Shown piece by piece: positions 18,941 through 29,643 of a DNA stretch of 64,000 bases. The notes beneath the pieces were generated by a model. It worked only from the letters and a program-made list of their open reading frames with translations. It did not search any database and had not been told where the DNA came from. The stretch comes from Pseudomaricurvus sp. (GTDB taxonomy: Bacteria > Pseudomonadota > Gammaproteobacteria > Pseudomonadales > Cellvibrionaceae): contig CBFHKY010000017.1 in NCBI GenBank assembly GCA_965656525.1, positions 7,924-71,923 on the forward strand, read 5' to 3'. Numbering within the stretch: position 1 is the first letter of the stretch; each line of letters opens with the position of its first letter. The translations under genes were made by a program, and so were the position numbers.

Positions 18941-20488
18941 TTACACACCGTCGTGCTGAGGATGTGCTTTGGCTCCCGATTCTAACAGATTCAGCGCATC
19001 CAAATAGGCTTTTGCAGAAGCCGCAATAATATCGGTATCCGCACCAACACCATTTACAATCACCCCATTGCGAGACAAGCGAACCGTGACATCGCCTTGA
19101 GCTTCCGTGCCTGCAGTAATGGCATTCACAGAGTAAAGTGCCAACTCCGCCTTGCTGTTAACCACTTTCTCTATCGCTTTAAAAGCAGCGTCCACAGGGC
19201 CGCCACCTTTCGCTTCGGAGACCACGGCCTCACCGCGACACTGAAAGCTCAAGCGTGCTACCGGTTTTTGGCCTGTCTTGCAGGTCACTTCCATCTCACT
19301 AAAGCGGTAGATCTCAGGACGTTGTGCATTTTCCACACCGGACACCAAAGCCTGCAAATCTTCATCAAAGACTTCGTGTTTCTTATCTGCCAACTCTTTA
19401 AAGCGAGCAAAGGTTTCGGCCAACGCCTCAGGCGTTTTGAAGGTAATACCAAGCTCTTCCATACGAGCGCGAACCGCTGCGCGACCAGAGTGTTTACCCA
19501 ACACCAATTTGTTGGCATTCCAGCCTACATCTTCGGCCTTCATGATTTCGTAGGTTTCGCGGTTTTTCAATATACCGTCTTGATGAATACCCGATTCATG
19601 AGCAAATGCATTTGCCCCCACAATGGCCTTATTGGGCTGAACAGGAAATCCGGTTACCGTTGACACCAAGCGTGATGTTGGAACAATGTGAGAAGAGTCG
19701 ACACCGGTTGTGACAGGGTAAAAATCTTTACGGGTTTTCACCGCCATAACAATTTCCTCTAACGAGGCGTTACCAGCACGTTCACCCAAACCGTTAATTG
19801 TACATTCAACTTGACGGACACCGTTCATGACTGCCGACAAGGAGTTTGCCACGGCCAACCCCAAATCGTTATGGCAGTGCGTAGAAAAAATAGCTTTGTC
19901 AGAGTTCGGGACATTTTCAATCACGTGTTTAAACATAGCCCCGTACTCTTCTGGCGCACCATACCCGACTGTATCCGGAATATTGATGGTGCCAGCGCCG
20001 GCGTTGATCACTGCCTCAATGATGCGATACATAAACTCTGGCTCGGTGCGACTGCCATCTTCCAATGAAAATTCCACGTCTGGACACAGATTGCGGGCCA
20101 ATTTTACCGCTTCGACGGCCTGCTCCAACACTTGCTCAGGCGACATTTGCAACTTGTATTTCATATGAATGGGGGACGTCGCAATAAACGTGTGTATACG
20201 ACCTGAGTTAGCAGGGCGTAACGCCTCAGCAGCGCGTTCGATATCTGGACGTACCGCTCGGGCCAAGCTGCAGATCGTGGAACCTTTCACCGCACCAGCA
20301 ACAGCTTTAACAGCCTCGAAGTCGCCGGGGCTCGCAATAGCAAAGCCCGCTTCAATGACGTCCACACGCATTTTTTCCAGCATTTTTGCAATACGAACCT
20401 TCTCATCCAAAGTCATGGATGCGCCCGGGCTTTGTTCACCGTCACGCAAAGTCGTATCAAAAATAATCAATTGGTTTTCTTTCATCAT
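18941..20488 (-). CDS. leuA: 2-isopropylmalate synthase
   Basis: [43 protein letters not shown]-terminal regulatory domain. Confidence 0.97.
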   Translation of the reverse strand: MMKENQLIIFDTTLRDGEQSPGASMTLDEKVRIAKMLEKMRVDVIEAGFAIASPGDFEAVKAVAGAVKGSTICSLARAVRPDIERAAEALRPANSGRIHTFIATSPIHMKYKLQMSPEQVLEQAVEAVKLARNLCPDVEFSLEDGSRTEPEFMYRIIEAVINAGAGTINIPDTVGYGAPEEYGAMFKHVIENVPNSDKAIFSTHCHNDLGLAVANSLSAVMNGVRQVECTINGLGERAGNASLEEIVMAVKTRKDFYPVTTGVDSSHIVPTSRLVSTVTGFPVQPNKAIVGANAFAHESGIHQDGILKNRETYEIMKAEDVGWNANKLVLGKHSGRAAVRARMEELGITFKTPEALAETFARFKELADKKHEVFDEDLQALVSGVENAQRPEIYRFSEMEVTCKTGQKPVARLSFQCRGEAVVSEAKGGGPVDAAFKAIEKVVNSKAELALYSVNAITAGTEAQGDVTVRLSRNGVIVNGVGADTDIIAASAKAYLDALNLLESGAKAHPQHDGV

Positions 20489-20547
20489 AGCCTCTCAGGC
20501 AGCCCCTTCATTCAAGGAGCTTCTCTATACGTTATATACATTAGGGG

Positions 20548-20706
20548 TTAGAAACGGCTGGCCAAACGCCAGTATAGAAAAACGATACTGCCTAAGGCAG
20601 TCGTAATAATTGCGCTAGGCACCACGACAGACAAAAGCTGGAGCTGCAACGGCCAACAGAGAACTGTGAGGAAATTGTGTGGAAGTTCATAAGGTAATCC
20701 GTGCAT
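20548..20706 (-). other. Candidate leuA leader ORF (52 aa, Leu/Val/Ile-rich) with overlapping terminator-like hairpin
   Basis: MHGLPYELPHNFLTVLCWPLQLQLLSVVVPSAIITTALGSIVFLYWRLASRF*; hairpin plus U5 at 20578-20603; alternative-frame 32-aa ORF at 20592-20690. Confidence 0.35.
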
Positions 20707-21164
20707 TCATTTATGCAAAGCCGCGATCAATAACTGTCAGTCAGCCTAGCCAACCACCATTTGTGATTCACGATGACTTTAACTAAAGACCACTATAACT
20801 CGCCCAAAACCACCAATCAATATTCATCCTAAATTAATCAATTAATTAGGATTAAATAACAAAATAAGACACCGTAAACCCAAAAAACAAAACAAACATC
20901 CTATTTTTATAGCGTTCTGTGTAATTACTCGCGCAAATCGTTTTATTGATGTGTCGCTTTAGCGTGCAAAACACTCAGACCAGCCTTCATTTACTTACAA
21001 ATACGAGCCCGCGGCCTTACCAGCACAGCAAATCAAGAGAGCAACGCTCAATCGGGTCGCTGAAATAAAAGAAACACCCCAGCAAGGTAGAAACAAAGAA
21101 AGGAGCTGCAAAAAGCTAGTCTAATGCCTAAAAATCACTAGCCCTAAACAACCGTAGCTTATGG

Positions 21165-22127
21165 TTAAACAACTTTGATGTGCCAAGGCTCAAAACGAAC
21201 ACCTAGGCGATTGTCCTCGGTGTAGCGAATTTTAACGTAACCAAGATCTTGCATACGCTTATATTCATCTGTCGCAGCAAATTCATCAGAGAAGTTTTGT
21301 GTACCCCAACCCACTCGACCAACATCAAAGTCACCGATGCCATGGTAAGAGTGCCCGGGGGGGGCTAGTGAGCGAGAGGCTTTTGATAGGTTATAAGACA
21401 CACTACTGGCTTTCGCCAAAAACAAATAGAGCTGCTTAACATTGCTACGGATCCCAGATGTGAGTACCACGTTAGAACCAATGTCTTGTTTGAGCTTCTG
21501 GTAATAAGCCTCAGAGTGTCCTTTAAACAGGTAGTGCCCAGAATGAGGGATCTTGATGATATCTTTATTATTGATGGCACTTGTCAGCTGATCGGTGACT
21601 CGAGAACCAAAGAAACCGTATTCGCTCGCCTGTGCAAAGAAGATTTTTTCTATGAAGTCGAGCTCTGCTCGCGAAAATGCACCCACATCCTCATAAGCAT
21701 TGGCGTATTTCAATAACTCATCAAAACCCAGCACATTGAAATTACCGTGCCCGACCAAGCGCTGGGCTCGATGCAAGCGGGAAAAAACCGACTCTAAGGT
21801 CAGGTGCTCAGCTTCAGGTAAAAACACATCGTCGGAGAAGTCGTGCGCAAAATAACGCACTTTGTCTTGCGGGTCGCCAGAAGGAACCACCACACCATCG
21901 GTGCTCGTATCATCAACACCTAAGTCTTCCAGCATCGCAGGTGATTCACTGTCCTGCCAAGCGCTTAACTGCAGCTCACTAGGCTTTAAAAAAGGCGCTT
22001 CAGTGGCGTGATCAGCCAAATCGACTTCCGGCTTACGACTGGATATCAAACCACTATGCTTATAGGACGCTACTGCACTCAACCCCAGTAGCGCACCTGC
22101 CAAGAAATTTCGTCTTTTTATTCTCAC
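21165..22127 (-). CDS. Tat-exported M15B D-Ala-D-Ala carboxypeptidase (VanY-like)
   Basis: RRNFL Tat motif; SGIRS, APPGHSYHGIGDFD, FEPWH zinc-peptidase motifs. Confidence 0.85.
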   Translation of the reverse strand: MRIKRRNFLAGALLGLSAVASYKHSGLISSRKPEVDLADHATEAPFLKPSELQLSAWQDSESPAMLEDLGVDDTSTDGVVVPSGDPQDKVRYFAHDFSDDVFLPEAEHLTLESVFSRLHRAQRLVGHGNFNVLGFDELLKYANAYEDVGAFSRAELDFIEKIFFAQASEYGFFGSRVTDQLTSAINNKDIIKIPHSGHYLFKGHSEAYYQKLKQDIGSNVVLTSGIRSNVKQLYLFLAKASSVSYNLSKASRSLAPPGHSYHGIGDFDVGRVGWGTQNFSDEFAATDEYKRMQDLGYVKIRYTEDNRLGVRFEPWHIKVV

Positions 22128-22281
22128 CGATCAAGCTCTCAAACTGACTAGAAGACACTGCGCAAAGACCTTACTGGCTGAATTGTAACCTTAGCGGTTA
22201 AAAAACAACAATCAGTAACCATCTTAAGTGTAGCAAGAACTCAGCAATGTGCCGCCATCAGCTTTAATCGCGACTTAAAAA

Positions 22282-23847
22282 TTACCCTAATTCGTCAGAA
22301 ACTACAGAATACTTGGGGTCTTCCAGTACGTTCACTTCACACAGATCGCCAGCTTTTTTCAACAGTTTCCGACACTCTGGGCTCAAGTGACGCAAATGCA
22401 GCGTTTTACCCAAGGCTTTGTATTTTTCAGCCAAGTTGTCTACCGCTTCAATACCTGAATGATCACTGATGCGCGAACGCTTAAATTCAAGCACGACATG
22501 CTCTGGATCGTCCTCTGGATTAAACAGATCTTTGAAATTGCTGACCGAACCAAAAAAGACCGGCCCTCTCAGGTCGTAAATCTTATAGCCGTTTTCATCC
22601 ACATAAGTGTCCACAAGAATCTGCTGAGCGTGCTTCCAAGCGAATACCAGCGCCGACACAATAACCCCAACCAAAACGGCAATCGCTAAGTCGAAAACCA
22701 CCGTAATGGCAGAAACCAAAATAATGATAAAGGCATCAGACAGCGGCACTTTGCGCATTTGACGGAAAGAGGACCATTCAAAGGTACCCAAAACCACCAT
22801 AAACATAATGCCGACCAATGCCCCTAAAGGAATAATTTCAATTAAGTTCGCGCCGAATAAAATGAACCCCAGCAAAACCAAAGCCGCTGTAATTCCAGAC
22901 AAGCGGCCGCGGCCACCGGAATTAATATTGATCATTGATTGACCAATCATGGCACACCCCCCCATACCCCCAAAAAAACCATTGGTGGTATTAGCGATAC
23001 CCTGGCCAATACACTCACGGTTACCTCGACCGCGGGTATTCGTAAGTTCATCAATCAACGTGAGTGTTAACAAAGACTCAATTAGACCAATAGAAGCGAT
23101 GACCAAAGCAAAAGGAAAGATGATACTGAGTGTTTCCCAGTTAAAAGGGACCGCTGGAATAGCAAAGGAAGGCAGCTCGCCTTTCAAGGTGGCGCTCGCC
23201 GCTTGATCCATAGGCAGCATGTCACGCACATAGTCAATCACCGTGCGAGCTTCAAGGTCCAAACCCAAAACAGCCAACGTCACCACGACAATAGCCACCA
23301 AGCCAGAAGGCACCGCAGTGGTCAGTTTGGGCAAGAAATGCATGATCAACATGGTTACAAAAATCAAAATCCCCATGGTATAAAGCATGCTGCCTTGCAT
23401 CCAATCGAAAACGCCTTCACTGACCTCGACTTTAAATTGCCCTAGTTGAGCCAAGAAAATCACAATCGCCAAACCGTTTACAAAACCCAGCATGACCGGA
23501 TGAGGCACCATACGTATGAACTTACCCAGCTTAAAGATGCCCGCCAAAATTTGTAGCACACCCGCCAACACGACCGTCGCAAACAAATATTGAACACCGT
23601 GCAAGGCTACCAATGAGACCATCACTACCGCTGTCGCGCCTGTTGCACCTGAGATCATGCCCGGGCGGCCACCGAAAATCGATGTCAGCAAGCCCATCAT
23701 AAATGCGGCATACAGGCCAACCATAGGCTCCACCCCTGCCACAAAAGCAAAGGCCACAGCTTCTGGCACCAGCGCCAGCGCAACGGTGATGCCTGAAAGT
23801 ACGTCATTTTTAACGTTGTATTGATTCGAAGTAATCAGCTTAAACAT
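22282..23847 (-). CDS. SulP/SLC26 inorganic anion transporter with STAS domain
   Basis: [38 protein letters not shown]-terminal STAS (GPVFFGS). Confidence 0.93.
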   Translation of the reverse strand: MFKLITSNQYNVKNDVLSGITVALALVPEAVAFAFVAGVEPMVGLYAAFMMGLLTSIFGGRPGMISGATGATAVVMVSLVALHGVQYLFATVVLAGVLQILAGIFKLGKFIRMVPHPVMLGFVNGLAIVIFLAQLGQFKVEVSEGVFDWMQGSMLYTMGILIFVTMLIMHFLPKLTTAVPSGLVAIVVVTLAVLGLDLEARTVIDYVRDMLPMDQAASATLKGELPSFAIPAVPFNWETLSIIFPFALVIASIGLIESLLTLTLIDELTNTRGRGNRECIGQGIANTTNGFFGGMGGCAMIGQSMININSGGRGRLSGITAALVLLGFILFGANLIEIIPLGALVGIMFMVVLGTFEWSSFRQMRKVPLSDAFIIILVSAITVVFDLAIAVLVGVIVSALVFAWKHAQQILVDTYVDENGYKIYDLRGPVFFGSVSNFKDLFNPEDDPEHVVLEFKRSRISDHSGIEAVDNLAEKYKALGKTLHLRHLSPECRKLLKKAGDLCEVNVLEDPKYSVVSDELG

Positions 23848-23995
23848 GAAACATCTCGTTTTGTGCGGCGTGTGCAAAACGCGCGATACTAGCAGAAGGG
23901 GTAGCGAGCTCCAAGAGCGCTGTACAAAAAACAGTCCAAAAGTCATGCCAAATCAGCATGGTAGGGTTTTGAAAGAACGCGAAGCACCCTCGGTT

Positions 23996-24625
23996 TTAGC
24001 TTACTGAAGAGCCTTCCAGCCAGTTGAGCAGATCTTGCCACTGGGCCATATCCGTTTTCACGCGGCTGGGGGGTAAATCGAATATACTGACGCCACTGTC
24101 CATAGCGCGAATATAATTCTGAGTATCGCGGATGCTGGTAATTAGCGGCATGTTGACCTGTTCAAGAAACGCCACCAAGGTTTTGTAATAGTTTGTATTT
24201 GCACGAACTCTATTGGCCACCAAAGCTACCTGAACATCGTTTTCAAGCAACCACGATTGACGGTTCAGCCCCATAAGAAAACGAACACCCGCTTTAATAT
24301 CTGTTGGTGAAGGCAAGACAGGTATAATGAGGCGCATACCCTGTGCAGAGCACGCCTCTAGTTCTGACATACTACAAGCCGCAGGCATGTCATGAACAAC
24401 TACATCTAAGTGGGCGGGTATTTTATCTCCTCGAAAAGCAGCTATAGGTGTGATTTCCGCACAAGCCTTAGGCCGCGCTTTAAGCCAGTCCAGTGCAGAT
24501 TGTTGAATGTCGTGGTCTGCCAACCCCACCGAATAGCCTTTATCAGACCAATAGCTCGCCAACTGTGAGGCCAGTGTCGTTTTGCCACACCCTCCCTTCG
24601 GATTGGCAATTACTATTTGTAGCAT
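23996..24625 (-). CDS. Orphan ParA/Soj-family ATPase
   Basis: NPKGGCGKTT deviant Walker A; DHDIQQS; no parB nearby. Confidence 0.88.
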   Translation of the reverse strand: MLQIVIANPKGGCGKTTLASQLASYWSDKGYSVGLADHDIQQSALDWLKARPKACAEITPIAAFRGDKIPAHLDVVVHDMPAACSMSELEACSAQGMRLIIPVLPSPTDIKAGVRFLMGLNRQSWLLENDVQVALVANRVRANTNYYKTLVAFLEQVNMPLITSIRDTQNYIRAMDSGVSIFDLPPSRVKTDMAQWQDLLNWLEGSSVS

Positions 24626-24870
24626 ATGAGAAGGTGCTCCAAGCAAGCTATGTGGCCAAATATACGCAGGTGCCTTAGGCAATAGGGTAATTCCCTTACA
24701 ACATAAATACTTAACCTCTGTGGTGCCAGAGACTAGGGTATTCAGTAATCGTTACCTCAAGCTTCTCTATCGGCGGTATGGGGAAAAGCTGAAAGCCCGC
24801 CCCCACACTCTCACTCAAAACCATCGCTGTATCGGGTATTCGTTGCCGTGAATGTGCATCCGGCACTTTA

Positions 24871-25395
24871 TTAATAAGCAAGAATGCCTTCAACAACAGA
24901 CGAAGGGCAGTGACGCAAGCAGGCGCGCAGCTGCTCATTGGTTTTAAACAAGCGACGACAGCTTTCTCTGGCAATGTTTAGCACCAGCATGGCGAACAAC
25001 TCTTGATCCTCCAGCATCAGATCATTGAGCGCACCGCCGGACAACACCAAAAGCTCAAGCTTCTGTTCAGCAATAGCAGTAACCGAATGCGGCTGTATGC
25101 CGATTAAAGAGGTTTCACCAAAACAATTGCCAGGGCCAAGCATCGCTTTTAATAGCGCATCTTGTTTCGCATCAAATACCAAGCGTACGGCACCGGACTG
25201 CACAATATAGATGTAGGATGCCGAATCTCCCTCTTCGAACACCACTTCATTGGGCTCGTAATGTATCTGCTTTAATTGCTTAAAAACTTTATAAAGCTGT
25301 GATTCGGTCAAACCACCAAACACAGCGATTTTATCAAGGATAGGCAAGACTTTTTCAACGGCTAGCAGAGGTTCCTGTGGCTTACGCTCAGTCAT
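24871..25395 (-). CDS. Stand-alone cyclic-nucleotide-binding domain protein (no HTH)
   Basis: VFEEGDSASYIYIVQSGAV...GNCFGETSL; 174 aa. Confidence 0.85.
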   Translation of the reverse strand: MTERKPQEPLLAVEKVLPILDKIAVFGGLTESQLYKVFKQLKQIHYEPNEVVFEEGDSASYIYIVQSGAVRLVFDAKQDALLKAMLGPGNCFGETSLIGIQPHSVTAIAEQKLELLVLSGGALNDLMLEDQELFAMLVLNIARESCRRLFKTNEQLRACLRHCPSSVVEGILAY

Positions 25396-25463
25396 AACTT
25401 CATATTCCGGCCAGACGAGCTATGAAAACTCGAATGACGCAATCATTGAGTAATTGTCGTTCG

Positions 25464-26234
25464 TTAGTGGTGATGATGATGCATTGAATCGGTTTCATCT
25501 TGTAACATGTGGCCTTCATTCATGGCAGCATGCTCACTGTGATTAGCGTGCTTCAGCGCTAACCCTACAGTCCACCCGCCAAACAACATTAACAAAATAC
25601 CCATCCAAATGCGCAGCTCACGCGCTTGTAAAATAGTTTTTAATCGTTCAGCAAAAAAGCCACTGCCCAACACCGCAGGTAGTGTACCGACCCCAAATGC
25701 CACCATAACACCCGCAGCACGAACACCATCGGCTTGAGAAAGCGCATAAGCCAAGGCTGAATAGACCAACCCGCAGGGGAGCCATCCCCATATCGCACCC
25801 AATAAAATTGCACTGCGCGCATTACGGGCGGGCAAAAATCGATTGCCCAACGGCTGAATATAACGCCAAAGATAGTTACCCACTCGTTCAAGGTAGGTCA
25901 GACCTCGCCACCAATCCGCGATGTACAAACCCATGGCAATCAGCAGCAAGCCTGCAATAATTCGCATTACACTCACACCACCACTCAGCGCCACCTGCTG
26001 GCCCAGAAGCCCAAAAGCTGCACCGATAGCACCGTAACTGGCGATTCGCCCAACGTTATAGGCAAGTAATATGCGCATACGGCTATACAATGAAACGTTG
26101 GGCACAGAAAACCCTAATGCCGCCACAATACCACCGCACATACCAACGCAGTGTGCGCCGCCTAACAGCCCCATAGTGAATGCAGAAATATAAGGCAACC
26201 ACATAATCGAGGGTGTCCACCAGCCTTCAAACAT
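25464..26234 (-). CDS. TauE/SafE (DsbD_2/UreH-like) membrane protein associated with cbb3 assembly
   Basis: GGAHCVGMCGG, YNVGRI, GWLPCGLVY, FGVGTLP; His/Met-rich C-terminal tail. Confidence 0.85.
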   Translation of the reverse strand: MFEGWWTPSIMWLPYISAFTMGLLGGAHCVGMCGGIVAALGFSVPNVSLYSRMRILLAYNVGRIASYGAIGAAFGLLGQQVALSGGVSVMRIIAGLLLIAMGLYIADWWRGLTYLERVGNYLWRYIQPLGNRFLPARNARSAILLGAIWGWLPCGLVYSALAYALSQADGVRAAGVMVAFGVGTLPAVLGSGFFAERLKTILQARELRIWMGILLMLFGGWTVGLALKHANHSEHAAMNEGHMLQDETDSMHHHHH

Positions 26235-26261
26235 ACGTCTTACTCTTGTGATAACCGAGCT

Positions 26262-26516
26262 TTATTGCCCGGTGTGTTTTTGAGATTCTTGTGCTTCATT
26301 GACGTCAGACGTACAGCCCCCGCCCTTCATCTCAGACTTTGAATGGGGTTCGATTGAATCGGATTTTGTTGCTGAGGTTTTTTCATCAAAAAGGATACGA
26401 TGCCCTTCTGTGTTCAAGTCTTCGTATTGACCACTATTTACTGCCCAAAAAAGCAATCGAATGGCCAACACAAGAAATATCAACGCCAACGGCACTAGCA
26501 AATACAAGCTTTCCAA
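26262..26516 (-). CDS. ccoS: cbb3 oxidase assembly protein CcoS
   Basis: (M)ESLYLLVPLALI...WAVNSGQYEDL...RILFDE; TTG start chosen from GGGAG spacing. Confidence 0.88.
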   Translation of the reverse strand: MESLYLLVPLALIFLVLAIRLLFWAVNSGQYEDLNTEGHRILFDEKTSATKSDSIEPHSKSEMKGGGCTSDVNEAQESQKHTGQ

Positions 26517-26578
26517 AACCATTGCTCCCGAATGAATAAAATCATCATCTGCCCAGCGTCTCACCCAGACCGCTATTG

Positions 26579-28960
26579 TCAGGCAATACGACCAATGCGC
26601 AAGGCGTTTAGCACCACAATCAATGAGCTGGCCGACATACCAATAGCCGCCGCCCAAGGTGGAATCCAGCCCATGGCTGCCGCGGGTAAAGCCACTAGAT
26701 TGTAACCTAATGCCCAAGTGAAATTCTGGCGAATAACCTTTTGCGTAATGCTCGCACAACGCATCGATTGAGTAAGCAGCGTCAGGTCACTGCCCAATAA
26801 CACGCTGTCAGCACGAGTTTGCGCCAGGTCGGTTGCGCCGCCCATCGCCACCGAGACAAACGCTCCGCTCAGCACAGGGACATCATTAATACCGTCACCA
26901 ACCATCAAAACACGCTCACCCTGTTGCTGGTAACACTCTACACGGTCCAGTTTTTGCTGAGGTGATTGATCGCCGTACCAGCAATCAATATTCAACTTCC
27001 CGGCTACGCGCGAAACTTCTTGCGCGCTGTCTCCGCTCAACAGTTCTACAGCAATACCTGCACGGCGCAACTGGTTTACCGCGGCAGGTGCCGAATCTCG
27101 CAACTGATCGCTCAAACAAATCCAAGCCAGCAAACCGTCAGTATTTTTTAAAGCCAACCATTGACCAACATCTTTTGGCACAGTCTGATCCGGCACAACA
27201 AAACTGGGCTTGCCCAAACAATAGTATTGTTGGTTGATGTACCCGTCGACACCTTTTGCCGTATGTTGCTTCACCTCTGTTGCTGATAACGTCTGATCGT
27301 AAGGCGCAAACGCTTTAGCCAAGGGGTGCCGCGACCCAGTTTCTAGCGCCGCACAAATAGATAACCATTCACTGGTTTCTAGCGAGGCTGCTGGTAGGCC
27401 TTGTCGGTCGAGCACACTGACCACCTGTGGCGCACCAACCGTTAATGTACCGGTTTTATCAAAAATGACTCGTGTAACTTTTGGCAGGGCTTCCAGCACA
27501 TGGTCACCTGTAATCAATAGTCCTTTTTTGCGCAACCAAGTAACCGCAGTGGTAATTGCAGTCGGCGATGCCAGCGACAACGCACATGGACAGGTGACCA
27601 CTAAAATAGAAAGCACCACCCAAAAAGCCTGATCAGGTGCTTTGAACCACCAAAAACTCCCCACCACTGCCGACACCAACAACACTGCCGCGACAAAATA
27701 ACCCGCTAAGCGATCTGCTACCGCCACTTGTCTTGGCTTATTTTGTTGAGCTTGCTCAACCATGCGCTCAATGGCGGACAACGTGGTATCACGGCCTACA
27801 GCTGAAACTTGTATGTGCAACGCACTGTCAGTGTTCATCGAACCAGCAATCACGTCATCGCCCACACCCTTTTCTACCGCATCAGGCTCGCCTGTCAGCA
27901 GCGACTCCACCACGCCACTGCTTCCGCTCACAACTAACCCATCACAAGGTATGGTGCTACCACTGGCTACCAAAATTTTATCGCCAGCACGGATTTGTTT
28001 TAAGGTCACCGTTTGCCATTGCCCATCACACCACAATTCGGCTGTTGCGGGTAACAGTTGCGCCATACGGTCGGCATCAAGGCCATTACGGTGACGGGCC
28101 TGCATTTCTAAGTAGCGGCCCAATAACAAAAAGAAAGTAAACATGGAGACCGAGTCAAAATAGACTTCGCCCCCACCAAAAATAGTCGCCCAGACACTGG
28201 CCAAGTAAGCACCACCAATAGCCAGTGAAACGGGGACATCCATGGTTAGATGACGAGTGCGCAGAGCACGCAGTGCCGCATTAAAGAAGGGACGCGCACT
28301 GAAGAGCACGACAGGGGTAGCAATAATAAAGCTGAGCCAGCGAAAGTAGGCATCCCAACCAGCGTCCGCCCCTGCATACAGGAGCACCGCCACCATGCCC
28401 ACCTGCATCATGCCAAATCCCGCTACAGCCAAACGCATCAGCGCTGTACGACTTTCTTTTTCCCGCAACCGCTGCTGTTGCATGTCCGTTCCCGGAACAG
28501 GGTCATAACCAATATCAGCGATGGCTCGCATCAATTGACTCAATCGCACTTGCTCTGGCTGCCAGCGGATCAAGGCGCGATGAGTCGTCGCATTCACCCG
28601 TATTGATAGCACACCTTCAATTTTGCTCAACCGCTGTTCAATTAACCAGACACATGCAGCACAACTGATGCCACCTAACAGCAACTGAATCTGAAACTGG
28701 CCGTCGTCCAGTGCGTCAACCAGTTCTGCTTGCACATCAGTAACATCATAAATAGAAAAGTCGATTTTGTGATCACTGGGTTTAGCGCTGCGAGCGTCAC
28801 GGAATTGATAGAAGTGAGATAACCCTCCGGCGTGAATAGCCCCAGCTACCGCTTGGCAGCCAGGGCAGCAAAACTGACGCCATTCGCCATCTAACTGAGA
28901 AGAAAAGTCGCTGCCTGCAGGCACGTTCAACCCGCAGTGAAAGCAAGACGATGACATCAC
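26579..28960 (-). CDS. ccoI: Cu-translocating P1B ATPase CcoI/FixI
   Basis: CFHCG...FCCPGC, CAAC, TGE, CPCAL, DKTGT, GDGIND motifs. Confidence 0.95.
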   Translation of the reverse strand: MMSSSCFHCGLNVPAGSDFSSQLDGEWRQFCCPGCQAVAGAIHAGGLSHFYQFRDARSAKPSDHKIDFSIYDVTDVQAELVDALDDGQFQIQLLLGGISCAACVWLIEQRLSKIEGVLSIRVNATTHRALIRWQPEQVRLSQLMRAIADIGYDPVPGTDMQQQRLREKESRTALMRLAVAGFGMMQVGMVAVLLYAGADAGWDAYFRWLSFIIATPVVLFSARPFFNAALRALRTRHLTMDVPVSLAIGGAYLASVWATIFGGGEVYFDSVSMFTFFLLLGRYLEMQARHRNGLDADRMAQLLPATAELWCDGQWQTVTLKQIRAGDKILVASGSTIPCDGLVVSGSSGVVESLLTGEPDAVEKGVGDDVIAGSMNTDSALHIQVSAVGRDTTLSAIERMVEQAQQNKPRQVAVADRLAGYFVAAVLLVSAVVGSFWWFKAPDQAFWVVLSILVVTCPCALSLASPTAITTAVTWLRKKGLLITGDHVLEALPKVTRVIFDKTGTLTVGAPQVVSVLDRQGLPAASLETSEWLSICAALETGSRHPLAKAFAPYDQTLSATEVKQHTAKGVDGYINQQYYCLGKPSFVVPDQTVPKDVGQWLALKNTDGLLAWICLSDQLRDSAPAAVNQLRRAGIAVELLSGDSAQEVSRVAGKLNIDCWYGDQSPQQKLDRVECYQQQGERVLMVGDGINDVPVLSGAFVSVAMGGATDLAQTRADSVLLGSDLTLLTQSMRCASITQKVIRQNFTWALGYNLVALPAAAMGWIPPWAAAIGMSASSLIVVLNALRIGRIA

Positions 28961-29520
28961 TCTTGCGAACCGAAACTCAACGTATTTGTGTCAGTGAAGT
29001 TCACTTCGCTAACCACACGCCATGCAGGTGCTTGATCAGCAGGCGCTTCTGAAGATTTGTCAGACGCCTCTGGAAGTGTCATCAAACGAACATACCAGTG
29101 GTATTCCAAAGGCTGCAATAACTCACCCTGATAACGCCCTGCGACAACTTTGGTCAGCACCACTTTTAAATCGTTATCTTCTTCTACGGGATGATCCAGA
29201 GCCAATAGCAGTTGATCAGGCAACGTATAGGAAGTGTCTGCCGTGTCGATTTTTAAAACAATATCACCAACCTGCATATCAAACCGAATTTGCCCGTTTA
29301 AGCCTAATCGTTTGGCGGTTCGATCTTCGTCCACGCGAACGTTGATCATCTTCCCTTCTTTGTAGTAATTATCGATGACTTCATCATCAGCATCTTTAAC
29401 GATGATGGTTAAAAAAGGGATCCAGATAATCATAATGGTGATTAACGGTGCCAGCACAATCCAAGCCCACAACTGTTTATACCATGGGCCAATATCGTGT
29501 TCTTGCAGGGGATTATTCAT
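28957..29520 (-). CDS. ccoH: FixH/CcoH family protein
   Basis: PWYKQLWAW N-terminal TM, DNYYKEGK; located between ccoG and ccoI. Confidence 0.88.
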   Translation of the reverse strand: MNNPLQEHDIGPWYKQLWAWIVLAPLITIMIIWIPFLTIIVKDADDEVIDNYYKEGKMINVRVDEDRTAKRLGLNGQIRFDMQVGDIVLKIDTADTSYTLPDQLLLALDHPVEEDNDLKVVLTKVVAGRYQGELLQPLEYHWYVRLMTLPEASDKSSEAPADQAPAWRVVSEVNFTDTNTLSFGSQE

Positions 29521-29643
29521 AGACAGCGTATTCTTAACTAAAAAATATCAACGTTTAGGCATGCCTCAGTTCTAACAAATTGGGCACCGATTAAGGTGCC
29601 CATACTATCATTATACTCTGCGGCTCGCGCTATGGTTTCACCG

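Noticed and set aside
19097-19663. Long antisense ORFs (188 aa here; similar ones opposite ccoG, ccoI, uca and dapE)
   Set aside because: Expected antisense shadows of strongly conserved genes; no independent motifs.
23935-23951. TGGCATGACTTTTGG as a sigma54 promoter for SulP
   Set aside because: The -12 position is GG, not GC.
24711-24974. 87-aa ORF between parA and the cNMP gene
   Set aside because: Overlaps the cNMP CDS out of frame and has no recognisable features.
26517-26759. Long N-terminal extension of ccoS in the ORF track
   Set aside because: Overlaps the ccoI 3' end; the CcoS motif and RBS place the start at about 26516.
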